DNA of 64,000 nucleotides from Eledone cirrhosa (taxonomy: Eukaryota). A model generated the notes under the pieces. That model was not told the DNA's origin and searched no databases. It saw nothing but the letters and a program-made list of their open reading frames with translations. The stretch spans positions 353,524,001 to 353,588,000 of the forward strand of contig OZ024742.1 of NCBI GenBank assembly GCA_964016885.1, read 5' to 3'. Below, one piece after another: positions 39,226 through 52,655 of this stretch. The translations under genes were made by a program, and so were the position numbers. Within the stretch, counting starts at the first letter, position 1. Each line of letters starts with the position of its first letter.

Positions 39226-42200
39226 ATGAAGGAGTCATGTCATTGACATACGACGTTTCTTAGTGCACTTTTAATCCTTTCTCCAGGAATGAGTGCAATA
39301 AATTTGGGCCAGAGAAGGGAGGAGAGCGAGGGCAAGGAAGTGAGGAGAAAATATAAAGAAAGAAGCGTTCCCAGTTCTGGGCTGATACATTTTTTATCGA
39401 CCTCGAATTGATGAAAGTGAAATAAATCTTGGCGGGAATTGAAATGAGATGGCAAAGAGACGGAAATAATTCCACAAATCTATCACTATTGTTTTACTGA
39501 ATCGTCAATTCTTCGTATATGTTATTAGTATACGGAGGCCGATTTCCAGAATTTGAACACTCAATCTTTTCACTGCAGCAACACGATACAAAAGTATATT
39601 TAGCCCATTTATACATCGTATTTGTCAAGAGAGCATTTTCAATATTAAGGCAGCTATAACAAAGATATTTCTATTTATAGGCTATATTGGACACTTAAAT
39701 CAATAACTATTTGTCATATGGACAATTCATATAAACAATCAATATATTCAGGAGAAGACGAAGTTACAACAATGTATTTCAATTAAATAACTAGACTGCT
39801 ATTACTGCTATTAATAATAATCAAAGTAATAATTAATGTATTTCGTGTTGTCTTCAACCGTCTTAAATCATTTAAAACATTTTTGAGAAGGTATAGCTCT
39901 TTAATTATGAATAACTTATAAACTGTAGTGTGGCTTTTTATAGCAACTTTTGCTTCGCCAATTAACTTGTTTATCAATATATAATTTCTTTAATAAATAC
40001 AATATCAGCGTGCATATCTTTTTGAGAGAGCTAAAAACGAATCGTTTAGTTATTTCCAGACACAATAATAAGGTCATGGTTGGTTCATATATGGGAAATT
40101 GTAATGATTAGTTTTAAGTTTTGCCATAAATAATACGCCTCATTCAATATGAAATATTTCACAGGAAACAATATCAAATCGAAGATAGGTTGAATATATT
40201 TTTATGTTACATTAAAATGAAAATAAATAATTTCATTATTTACAGTAAACATTTTACAGTGATGTTGCAATGCCAGCATATCTCTTCAAATGCTAGACTG
40301 ATACTGGCTTTGAGAGTAATGGGTACATATCTAATACATTTATATTACTTTAGGAACATCAGAGAACTTACAACTTGGACTGATAACTATCTATATACCT
40401 TTCAAGTACAAATACACATTCGCGCACATAAATCGATATGTATAATCACTCAAAAGCGTATATACCCACACACACGCACACACATACACATATACATATA
40501 TATGGTGGCTGCAGACTCTGCCAAGAGTATTGCACTCGCTTATCAGATTACAGACAACGGTGCACCTTTTGGCTACAGCCAGCCACATGAACCTGTAACA
40601 GATCATGAACAAGCAATGCCTCTTTTTGAAGGGTTTTAAATGGGGAAAATCCTTGCACTCGGCCAATCCCTCTCTCTTAGCATCGAAAACACAACTCTAA
40701 AAGGAGAACTTGTCAACATCATCGGATACTTCCGAAGTAGCAGGGTTTTTTTCAGAGTTTCTCTCTCATAGAATGATGTTGTGACAATAACTGGGATCCT
40801 TTCATTCCCAGGTGGAAAAAAGTACTTTATTGAGTTCTTCTATAATAGAAAAGAAATAGACGGTTGTCTCCCTTGCTTCTGCTGGACGTCATCAGAGGGC
40901 GTTAGACCCCCGATGTTTGCATAGCTACGGTTTCCTAAAACCGTATTTCTTTGGAAATACGAATTTTCTATATATATTGTATAAAACTATACTTGAAAGG
41001 AATTCTTATTTCGAAAAGAAGAAAATATCAACATATATTAGGGCAAAAGTTTATTATAAGAACAGATTACAGTTTAAGCAAAGAATCGCTGCTATCACAC
41101 TTTACGTGTTCATATATATGCGTGTTTGTGCGTGTGATTTGAAAAGGTAAGATCTTTAACTCTGAGATCGTTGGCATAACAGATGTTATATCGTATCTAT
41201 CATAATTCCATATCCGGCCGTAAGAGATATATTATTCACTTTATTTAAACTTAAATCGTCACACAAAATTGACAGAGTAGTGTCTTTCAAAATTAGCATG
41301 ATGTTATTTTAAAGTGTAGGCATATATCTTCTCATCAGGATACATTCTCGCGAGACAAAAGGAGACGTATAAAAAAAAAGAAATTATAATTCTATTTATA
41401 ATTTTCGGCAAAGCCGGTCATAACATTGATTGGTATGCAAATTAGGCTGATCAGCCGATGTGTACTTTAGAGAATACTTTATATTCTGAAAAATTCTAAT
41501 GAGTGACGGAGGAAAGATAAACCATCTTGACACACGTCAACAACCTAGAAACAATTTTATAGGCGATTGTATTATTTCTTTCTGTCACTGCTAGAACCGA
41601 AGGATTGTAATGGCCTTCCACAAACAGCTTGCTTGCAAACGAATCGAATATTATATACAAAACAAGGATAGACGTGTAACGAGGCTGGTGTCTGCTTTTA
41701 GATAGGCACACTAACGAACATATATTAAATATATTTAGAAAAAGCCCAATTATATGTTTTATTACTCTCCAGGTCTATATACTTAGATACATGTCGTAAC
41801 ATTTAGGGTTGAAGTATGTCCTATGATATAATTTCTCTAAAACATGCATAGCTATGCTAAAGCAATGGAAGTTTTGTCAATGCAATATGTTAGATTATGA
41901 GGAACATGTATTTTGGAGGAATATCGTTCATAACTAATATATTATTTGAGAATATATTTGGTGCTACGTTATTTACAGCGACAAATACGATAATGTCAAA
42001 TACATTAAAACGTTTAGTTTTCTGCAACTTATTACTATGCAGTTCTATTTAATTTTTTTAAGAAGCTATATAAATGCCTACATATCTAATGCGGTTAATT
42101 TAATCATCTCCACACCGCCCTTTCCAAATCTAAAGGGAAACGACCCACGAGAAATTTATCTAATAACGGTATGGTTGTTACTGTAAGGAAAGTGTCAATT

Positions 42201-42295
42201 GTGAGATTCTATGTTGCAGTATGCAAATTTGGTCATTTATTCTTTTTCAGATAATTGATAGTTAATATTTACGTTTCACATTATAATGAGTTTAG

Positions 42296-42528
42296 CCTGG
42301 TACACACATCAATATAACCTTAATGCTACCAATGGAAAGAGCTTTACCATATTAAATTAAATCTAACTTTTCCCGTATGACAAATGTTACAATCCCACAA
42401 CAAGAATCAGCTGCATTAAATAATAGGATATTTGGAAAATACATGAAACATGAACTACGGAATTATGTACAGGCCATAGCAAGTGACGCTGTTTACGTGT
42501 TGTTAAGAGGACAATATACGTTCAATAG
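42296..42528 (+). pseudogene. Candidate exon with one in-frame TAA (42353-42355)
   Basis: TTTAG|...|GTAATA flanks PGTHINITLMLPMERALPY*IKSNFSRMTN...YVQAIASDAVYVLLRGQYTFN. DAVYV weakly recalls the YDAV motif of ANF-receptor-type ligand-binding domains. Confidence 0.25.
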
Positions 42529-44712
42529 GTAATATCATTATTTGTATTATGTCTCTTTCTCTGTAAGTCGTAAATCCATATAGGAAGGAAATGTTCTACG
42601 GTATCTTGATTACACATATTCATTCAGAATAACATATTTGTCGATGTACAATCTGCCAGACATTCATTAATCGATTTTAGCTGGTGTCGTCTTTATTCAC
42701 GATTTTAATGGTAGAAACAGCTCTCAATGGAATCAATCCCTATTGTAAGTTATTCGATGTCAGCAGTAAAAGTAAACCTTAACAATAAACACCGAAAGAC
42801 GTTATGCATTACTTGAAATTCACTGCATGTGTGTTTTCATTGCTTCATAATATTAATCTCCGTTTTAATTTATTCTTGATTCTGCTTATGAATGTCTATG
42901 TGATATATTTCAAGAATATATACTTTGACAAAGGTGACTGAATCGTACCCACAATTCAGTACATCAATGAAAGCTCTCGTAGTCGAACATTTCAGCCATT
43001 TATACTTTCACATCAAACACAAATCTAATTCATATTAATGGGTATCGAAACTTGCTCGGCTAGACATACCACAGGTAAACAGCTAATTACGAATCATATA
43101 GCTAGTTACTGTACAATTCAGGTTACAGCACAAAATGAATGTCGTTCTGTACACTCAGATTAATCAGTCATTGAACAGTGGTATTAAATATAAACTTCCT
43201 TGTATGGTGATACAGATGATGTTTGTTGATGTAAAGACTACATATTTTCAGGCGACTGTTCCTCTTGTAAACGAATACTATACTTGTTTAGTGAGATGTG
43301 GCAGCTTTTTATAGACGCCTCGAGAATTTGTCAGTTGTCTATATTGTCTATGAAAGTTCATTATTGTGTTGTTACATATGTTTAATATAAAGAATTAAAA
43401 ATCCATGTTATGTATGTACATATGTCTGCACACATTCTGTTATTCTCCAATCGTTTTGGTATTTGCATGGTCTATTCATAGAATTGGTAAAGCGTCAAAT
43501 AAAATACCATTGCAATATTTTTCTTTTTTTTAAACGGAGGGTGCAAATCTCGCCGTCATTAGCTTTTTGCTTAGGGCTGTAACAGTAGAAAGCTGGTGTC
43601 ATATGAATCTACTTTGCATTTCCCTAACACTTTTGGCCTTTCAGAAAAGAAAGTAATGACAAGGGATTGGTAATATCATTGAAGCAACAGAAAACAGGGT
43701 TTGGGGCTTACATTTGCTTACCTTCAGGTTCCTACACATGGGAATGTTACCTTTCATCCACACAGGGGCGATACATCAAAGCACCAGTAAAGCACTGGGG
43801 GCGATGTAATCGATTTCCCTCCCACGACATTGTTGGCTTTGTGCCTAAATAAAACGCCATTATAATGACTGTTCTCGATTTGTTGTTTTTTTGTTAGTTA
43901 TATTTTATTGCAGATATGAATTTTCAGTTCTGCAGTAATGTTTATAATATGAGGCTTGCTGCGTATATGTAAGTTAGCAATCATGTTAAAATATTTGTTT
44001 CTCAAGATCACTTATTTATGCACGTTCATATGCCTGTATTATATGAATACAGACATACAGACATACACACGATACTCACACACACATATATATATATATT
44101 CATACAGACACACACACACACACATTATATATATATATATATATATGTGTGTGTGGGGGGGGGGTTGTATATCTATATATATATATATATATATAAATAC
44201 ATATGACTCTTCCATTCTTGAATACATTCTTTACAATATATTTCTATACACCATACCTCTTTCCTTATCATTCTCAATATACACATTAATGTAAGCTTTA
44301 ACATAAACATGTCAGTGGAATCAATGAATTTCATTCTTAACCTTGTCATTTATTTCCCAATCATGACATATTAATAAATACACACAAAGAGAAAGTCATT
44401 CGTCTGGGTGGAATGTTCATGTACAACAGTCCAATCAAATAACAAAGCATAAACGCAGTTTTTATAGTGCTCCTTAGATTAACGGATAATATTTCTGTGA
44501 GAGGAGTGGTTATATAGGATGTATTTTACACAGAACTGTTTCCAAATTTGAACGATTTATCTGAAAAACATCGAAATCTCATGGCGTATTTCTTTGTGAA
44601 AACAGTAGAGTTCTATATACGTGTGTAGGGATGTGTACATGGGCTTATGTCAATGTATATATATATATATATATATTGACATAAGCCCATGTACATATAT
44701 ACACACACACAC

Positions 44713-44770
<58 letters not shown>

Positions 44771-44823
44771 GAAAAAGTAGAGGATAACATGGTCAATAGT
44801 ACAAAAAAAGGGGACTTATTTAC

Positions 44824-44932
44824 AGTCTAACAATTGTTTCTCTGATAAAGTTGTCTAAAAATTGCTGAGCACTAGAAGCAGGTGCCACTCAATTTCAAAT
44901 ACAATGCTAGCTCGATCAGATCTCCAGAAACT
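44824..44932 (-). ncRNA. Hammerhead-like motif with 80-nt stem II region
   Basis: AGUUU-CUGGAGA-UCUGAU...AUCAGA-GAAAC-AAUU-GUU-AGACU. Perfect 6-bp stem II base, one core mismatch. Confidence 0.6.
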
Positions 44933-45023
44933 ATTGAGTCAAACAACGCCGTACGCTAAACTATCCAAAATGAGAAGTCTTCACAACCTCTAACTGGATT
45001 ACCTATAACAATATTTTGTCATC

Positions 45024-45086
<63 letters not shown>

Positions 45087-45114
45087 GGGGTGGAACTCTT
45101 TTAACCATCTTGAT

Positions 45115-45196
<82 letters not shown>

Positions 45197-45198
45197 TA

Positions 45199-45248
<50 letters not shown>

Positions 45249-45327
45249 CATATATATATATATATTTGTTTTTGTTTACGAATATATATATATATATATA
45301 GTTATGATTTGGGGGGGTCATGTTGCA

Positions 45328-45371
<44 letters not shown>

Positions 45372-45544
45372 TTTCTGAATATGTTTAGCAAGATTCTTTA
45401 TCTGAAAACGTGTGTTGAAACTGACATTGTTATGCTTTGGGAGGGTCATGTTGCCAATAAGAAACACACGCACCAGTGGCTTTCACTCCAATTTATTATA
45501 AATTAAATTTATAAATTTAAGAATTTATAACTTTCCGGTTGGTT

Positions 45545-46735
45545 GGTTGGCAGGTTCCATAACCGGACGGCTGTGCATATATTGTCAAAGTTATTTCGTC
45601 ACACATTACGTGACCTCTTGGTTACTGGGGGTTCTTTTCTATGTTTTGTGCCTCTCCTTTTTTCTGTCCTACGCCATCATGTTTGTGTGTGTCCTGTGTG
45701 CTTAGTTTGCGCATATGTTACATCCGGGTGTATGTGTATGTTTTTAAAATCAGAGATAAAATCAGAATATATTGAGGAGGCAAAACCAAATGGGAAAAAA
45801 GGTTAATAATGATACAAATGGGACCTGCCCCTTGCGTAGGAGCATATTTTGGAATAGAATAGAAAGAACTAGAAATAAGGTTAACAGAATAAATTCATGG
45901 TATGATAGAAATAAATACCAGAGTGTAATGTTCATCAATACAACCCCTAGAGGTGAATTAGCTTACACATTTAGAAGGACCCTAGATAAACAGAAACTTA
46001 ATATTAAGATAGTAGAAATACCAAGTACGTCCATAAAAACATTTATTAGGAATACATACCCTTTTCAAAGACCTCCCTGTATACACAAGAAATGCATAAT
46101 CTGTAAACTAAGCCCCCATATTAACTGTAAAACTAGAAGTGTAGTATATAGCATAAGGTGTACTAAAGGACAATGTAAAGATGAGAATAGTATGTACATA
46201 TGTGAGACAGCTCGTAGTATAGGAGAACGGTTTAATGAACACCGGCGAGAACTTCAAGATAAAAAAAAAATATCAATACTCCACCAACATGCTAAAATAG
46301 AAGATAGGGGCAAATTAGAGAATATAGAAATAAAAATAGAATCTACACACAGAAAAGACGCAATGTTTAGTCAAATCACAGAGGCAATACACATAAATGA
46401 ACTCCAACCAAATTAAATAGAAAACATGAATGGAATAGCAACATCACAACTTTCATTTAAGGACAACATGAAAACACACACAGACATAGAACACACAACC
46501 AACCAGTAACATGTAAATAAACACATAAATAAAAACACACACAGACACCCGAATGTAATAGATGCGCAAACTAAGCACAACACACACACGCACAAACAAG
46601 ATGGCGTAGGACAGAACGAAGGAGAGGCACAAAACAGAAAATAATCCCCAGTCACTGAGGAGTTCACATAATGTGTGACGGAAGAACTTTGACAATATAT
46701 GAACAATCGTCCGGTTATGGAACCAACCAAAACAT
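45545..46735 (+). mobile_element. 5'-truncated PLE with GIY-YIG EN and inverted pLTR
   Basis: ORF 45772-46416 contains SVMFINTTPRGELA, PCIHKKCIICK, CKTRSVVYSIRC and MYICETARSIGERFNEH. ~45550-45740 is inverted at ~46520-46730. Confidence 0.85.
46651..46693 (+). ncRNA. Minimal hammerhead in pLTR (inverted copy 45584-45625)
   Basis: GUCA-CUGAGGA-GUUCACAUAAUGUGUGAC-GGAA-GAA-CUU-UGAC. The inverted copy retains GAAA but has a mutated core. Confidence 0.6.
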
Positions 46736-47388
46736 GGAATCCGTGCCGAGGCAGAGTGTATATATCAATAAGAGCGATGAACTTTCGTTTACATATATTT
46801 CGGAGAAGATTGGTTCCGGGTCAAACATAGAAGTTATGGACCCGACGCCATTATCAATCTCATATTTAGACTAGTGATGCAACACAGAATATACTGTTTG
46901 TTAGGATTTGTTGGCGGATGCGGGTATATATAACCATATGACCAATTTTCTATCTGTGTGTTGGAAGGCAACAGATATATTTATTCACGTGTGTGTTCGT
47001 ATATCTATTCAGGTGTGCTTGCATGCCTTTATTCCAACGCGTTACTATGTGAATTAGATATTCAATGTCTGGTTTTTGTGTTAACAGGAAGCTGAGTGGG
47101 AGGGTGACTGTATTGGCGTGGGTGTGTGGGATAAGTCTCGCGGAGATTAAATTATCGCGAGACCGGACAAACATACAGAAAATGAAACTCCTTTAGGCAA
47201 ATATATTTGGTTCTTAACGAGAAATACAATACAATAGATTAATGATATATATTAGGTTAACATTTTAAAAAGAAGGAAATCAGTCTTCTCTTTCGGGCGT
47301 TAGTCTTTCATGAGAAAATACAATGAGAGATGGATGGAGGAAGAAATATAAATATATCATTGTCTTTTTATGGATGTGTACATATATT

Positions 47389-47478
<90 letters not shown>

Positions 47479-47744
47479 CGAAGGAAATGTGGTAAGGAAC
47501 CAGGTGGACAATAACGCACCTAAGTACTCAATATTATATATATATACAATATATATATATATACACATATATATGTATATAATATATATATCAGTTACTT
47601 TATATCTGAAAAAGTGTAATTTATACTAATATAGGGACATCATTTCTACATACTTTCAAGTATTGATAGTTACTTAATAGTGTATCTTTTTTGGCCATGT
47701 TTCAAATAATCAATAGCAATGATATTAAATACTTATATAATAGG

Positions 47745-49137
47745 CTGCTGGATTGGCAGTATCGGTAGAGGGTCGGACGCCATGCTTTGACGCATTGAGT
47801 TACGACCCTTGCCATTCTGAGTTCAAATCCCGCCGAGGTTAACTGTGCCTTTCATCCTCACGGGGTCGATAAAATAAAGTACCAGTAATACACTGGTTAA
47901 TTGCTGGCCTTGTGCCAAAAAAGTAGAAACAATTAATTACTTATATAATATTGGCAGTGGATTGGCAGTATCGAAAGAGGGTCGGACGCCATGCTTTGCA
48001 GCATAGAGTTATGTCCTATTACGGACTGAGTTCAAATCCCGCCGAGGTTAATTTTGCCTTTCATCCTAATGGGGTCGATAAACTGAAGTACCAGTAATGT
48101 ACTGGGTAGTTGCCGGCCTTGTTCCCAAAGTAGAAACAATTATTAGTAGATTGGCAGTATTGATAGAGTGTCTGACAGCATGCATTAAAGCATAGACTTA
48201 CGAACCATTACGTTCTGAGTTCAAATCCCGGCTTTGTTAGCTTCGCCTTTCATTTCTCTCAAAATTGCTGACCTATTGACTATATAAGAAACCATTATTA
48301 AAAAGATGGCAGTATCGGTAGAGGGTTGGACGCCATGCTTTACAGCATAGTTACCTCCCTTTACGGTTTGAGTTCACATCCCGCCGAGGTTAACTTCGCC
48401 TTTCATCCTTACGGGGTCGATAAAATAAAGTACCAGTAATGTACTTGGTATTTGCTGGCCTTGTGCTTGAAGTAGAAACAATTATTAACAAAGCAATCTG
48501 ATAGAGAGACAACTAGAGGATACAGTGAAAATCACGGAAGTTGCCACACATGTCTGTGACGAAAGAACGTCGAAAAATTATATTTATATACATATTTTAA
48601 TGTTAAGCATTCATTGTCAGACAATTTTTTTATAAAAATAAACTGAAGCGAAAACCAAACCAAACAGTGTGTTGTTTACTATTTTTCTGGCAAAATAAAT
48701 ACAAGTAATATACTAGGTAATTGCTGGCCTTGTGCCAAAAGTAGAAACAATTATTAGTAGAGGGTAAGCAGTATCGGTAGAAGATCGGACGTCATGCTTT
48801 GACGCACAGACTTATGACCTTTTCCATTCTGTGTTCAAATCCCGCCGTGGTTAACTTTGCCTTTCATCCTTACGGGGTCGATACAATAAAGTACCAGTAA
48901 TGTACTGGGTATTTGCTGGCCTTATGCCAAAAGGAGAAACAATTATTAGTAGATTGCGATATTTATAGAGCGTCTGACAACATGCATTGTATTATAGAGT
49001 TACGGCCCTTTACCTTCTGAGTTCAAATCCCGCCGTGGTTAGCTTCGCCTTCATCCTTACGGGGTCGATAAAATAAAGGACCAGTAATACACTGGGGTAA
49101 TTGCATGTCTTTGCCAAAAGTAGAAACAATTATTATG
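47745..49137 (+). mobile_element. Head-to-tail cluster of about six SINE copies plus a fragment
   Basis: Units start near 47745, 47955, 48150, 48305, 48765 and 48955. Each has GTTC(A)AATCCC and ends in GAAAC-ATTATTA. Confidence 0.85.
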
Positions 49138-51000
49138 GCAACCTAACCCTACCTAAATACAAACATATTGTTCCAACACATGATTTCATATAAAAAATTG
49201 CAAAACAAATACATAACCGCCACACATTATTATTCTCTTACGTTTAATTTCCTGTTATTTTTAGTACCCAATATTCATTTAATTCTATCTACTCCTTGCG
49301 TCGTTAGGGTTCGAATGACTGTTACAAGTGTAAAAAAATAATGTCCAAATACATACGATTAACCATCTTCAAGAAAAAGAAATATGCTGAAATCAGCATA
49401 TGAAATATTGATATCATAACATGGTTGAATCTATACAATTAATTATATATCTTCAATGCAGAATTCACGGTTGCTGCTCTAAAAATCAATATTAATCAAA
49501 CTTACGGAATAGATAAAGGTGAATACGTATATTTATGAGAATGGCAGTGATTATTAATTACATCCAACATTTTACGTGTAAACTTATAATCGACACCAGA
49601 TAAAATTAACATCAATGGAATATCATCTTAGACAATAAACGCAGGGAACTTAATAATGTGCAGTGAATGTACCCTCTCTCTGTCATTTGACTTACCTTAT
49701 TAAATTGTTCATCAGAATATTAATATTTGTAAAGTAATCTAGATATCAACCTCTGAATCATTGACAAGTCTGCTCCTCATGTACTTGTATGTCATCATAT
49801 TCTGAAATTAATTATGTACGGTTTCATCTATAAGGGCAGAATTACAGATATATATTAGTGTGTAAGATGATGTAATTAACATTCTTTACAGCGAATTAAC
49901 CATATCATTTCCCGAAAAAGTACCTTAAGTTATCTTGAAAATCTAGGAAATGCAGGAGATAAAAACAAAGTATTAAATATAATTTTTAACGGAGGAAGAA
50001 GGGCAGCATTTTTAAAGTAACATATATTTTACTAATACTAACTCATCTGTTGTAAGAGAAAAGCCATCGCTAACAATGTTTTAGAGATCATATATTTTAG
50101 AGGTGTTTATGGCAAACCAAAATAACTATTTAACGTAAATTCATTTAATCTTTAATTCTATCGCTCAGCAATATAGTCACTGCCTCCGTCTCTATCGCTC
50201 TCCCCATCTCACACTATTATAACCAAATAGGAGCCGCCCCTGACCTCGGTGCACAGAATAGAGAAAGCGTTTTCCTAGAGGATGTTGAGGGAAACGCGAT
50301 GGAAGAGACATTCCACCTCACCAGGCTTACACCTTTGTTTAGCTAGGGTGATGTTCTCTGACAATTTGTATTTAAAACAATATATATTACACTATGAAAA
50401 CCTGTCTTTGTTACAATTTATAATATTTCCCTTGTCACGTGAAAGAGTGGATAGATAAATCTCACTGTCTTCCTTTACACCATAGAAATTCAATGTCAAT
50501 TGATTTAGCTTTCTTGTTCCTGAGTATATTGACGTAAATCTCTATATATAAAACTGTGGTTGTCTGTCTGTCTATCAATTTTTGGCACACATCTCCTCTT
50601 AGAATCTCTCACGGAATTGCACCGAAATTGCTATACTTGTACATTGAGCCTTAGCGAAGACATCGGAAAAAAAATATTTCAAATTGACCCGCCCTATCTG
50701 ACGAAATCGAATATAATGTATCGATTTTTGAGCGTAAGTGATCAGTTATTTCCCTTTGTTCTGTTTACATTGAGCGTCTGCGTGCAAAAATTAATAAAAT
50801 TACGCGGGCTTTCTCAGCGTTTAAAATGACATTAACACAATAATTTTTACTTGAAAACAAGTCTATTTAAAGACTACATAAAACAAGCAAATATTTCGTA
50901 AAAAAAAGCAAAAATTATATAAGTTTATTTAAAATATATGTATCTGTAAATTTCGTTAGGCGTGCAGTCAGTTTTATATATATAGATGATAAACAATAAT

Positions 51001-51739
51001 ATCCTCTATGAGGTCACTAAACCTGCTAGAAACAGCAGCTAACTCTCCCTCATATCACACCACTCCATACTGTCTTAAATTTAGAAAACACATATCCTCT
51101 ATGAGGTTACTAAACCTGCTAGAAACATCAGCTAACTCTCCCTCATATCACACCACTCCCTACTGTCTTAAATTTAGAAAACACATATCCTCTATGAGGT
51201 TACTAAACCTGCTAGAAACAGCAGCTAACTCTCCCCCATATCATACCCGTCCCTACTGTCTTAAATTTAGAAAACATATCTTCTATGAGGTCACTAAACC
51301 TGCTAGAAACAGCAGCTAACTCTCCCTCATATCACAGCCCTCCCTACTGTCTTAAATTTAGAAAACATATCCTCTATGAGGTCACTAAACCTGCTAGAAA
51401 CAGCAGCTAACTCTCCCCCATATCACACCCCTCTCTACTGTCTTAAATTTAGAAAACATATCTTCTATGAGGTCACTAAACCTGCTAGAAACATCAGCTA
51501 ACTCTCCCTCATATCACACCACTCCCTACTGTCTTAAATTTAGAAAACACATATCCTCCATGAGGTCACTAAACCTGCTAGAAACAGCAGCTAACTTTCC
51601 CTCATATCACACCACTCCCTACTGTCTTAAATTTACAAAACACATATCCTCTATGAGGTCACTAAACCTGCTAGAAACAACAGCTAACACTCCCTCATAT
51701 CACAACCCTCCCTACTGTCTTAAATTTAGAAAACACACA
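51001..51739. repeat. Satellite, 8 copies of a 91-93 bp unit
   Basis: Unit ATCCTCTATGAGGTCACTAAACCTGCTAGAAACAGCAGCTAACTCTCCCTCATATCACACC...CTGTCTTAAATTTAGAAAACA(CA)T; starts at 51001, 51094, 51187, 51278, 51369, 51460, 51553, 51646. Confidence 0.95.
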
Positions 51740-52474
51740 GACAACCATGCAGAACAACTCCATCGCAGCTCTGTTGTTCGGCTGGCATCGTCTACTCGCG
51801 TGTTGCGCAAGTACTGTGAAACAATAAATTTCAACACTTTTTTGCACAGAGATAATATCCATAGGCGAAACTATAATTGTCACTTCTGGTGCAGCTCATG
51901 CTTCCAGGTCTGCAATTCATTCACCCAGTGCCTGGCAGACAAAAAAGTGCTGCAACCTAACTTTGGTAACTTAATGACCCCGAGCAACGCCGGGCTTTAA
52001 TGCTAGTAATCTATATATATGAAACTGTGGTTGTCTGTCTGTCTATCGATTTTTGGCACACATCTCCTCTTAGAATCTCTCACGGAATTGCACCAAAATT
52101 GCTATACTTGTACATTGAGCCCTAGCGAAGACATCGGAAAAAAATATTTCAAATTGACTCACCATATGTGACGAAATCGAATATAATGTAACGATTTTTG
52201 AGCGTAAGTTATCAGTTATTTCCCTTTGTTCTGTTTACATTGAGCGTCTTACGTAAAAAATTACGCTGGCTTTCTCAGCGTTTAAAATGACATTAACACA
52301 ATACACGAACAGTTGTCGTCCAGCCAGCAAAATATTGACCTGCAAAATTCATCAGTTCCAACACTAAGCTTCCGTTTTGCTTCATTTCCATTTAAAAGCA
52401 TTTTAAAACAATATTTTTACTTGAAAACAAGTCTATTTAAAGACTACGTAAAACAAGCAAATATTTCGTCGTTA

Positions 52475-52655
52475 GGCGTGCAGACAGACAGTCGTGCAGA
52501 CAGAAAGTCGTGCAGAGAGGTGATATACGCGTGCAGACATACAGTCGTGCAGAGAGGTGATATAGGCGTGCAGACAGACAGTCGTGCAGAGAGGTGATAT
52601 AGGCGTGCAGACAGACAGTCGTGCAGAGAGGTGATATAGGCGTGCAGACAGACAT
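52475..52655. repeat. 37-bp minisatellite inside the Helitron-like element
   Basis: GGCGTGCAGACAGACAGTCGTGCAGAGAGGTGATATA repeated about 4 times. Confidence 0.9.

Noticed and set aside
51001-51739. Satellite as a CRISPR array, a tandem hammerhead array, or a repeat protein (ORFs 51008, 51467)
   Set aside because: There are no unique spacers and the context is eukaryotic. CUAUGA...GAAAC lacks the CUGANGA core and a valid stem I/NUH. 91-bp units break the reading frame.
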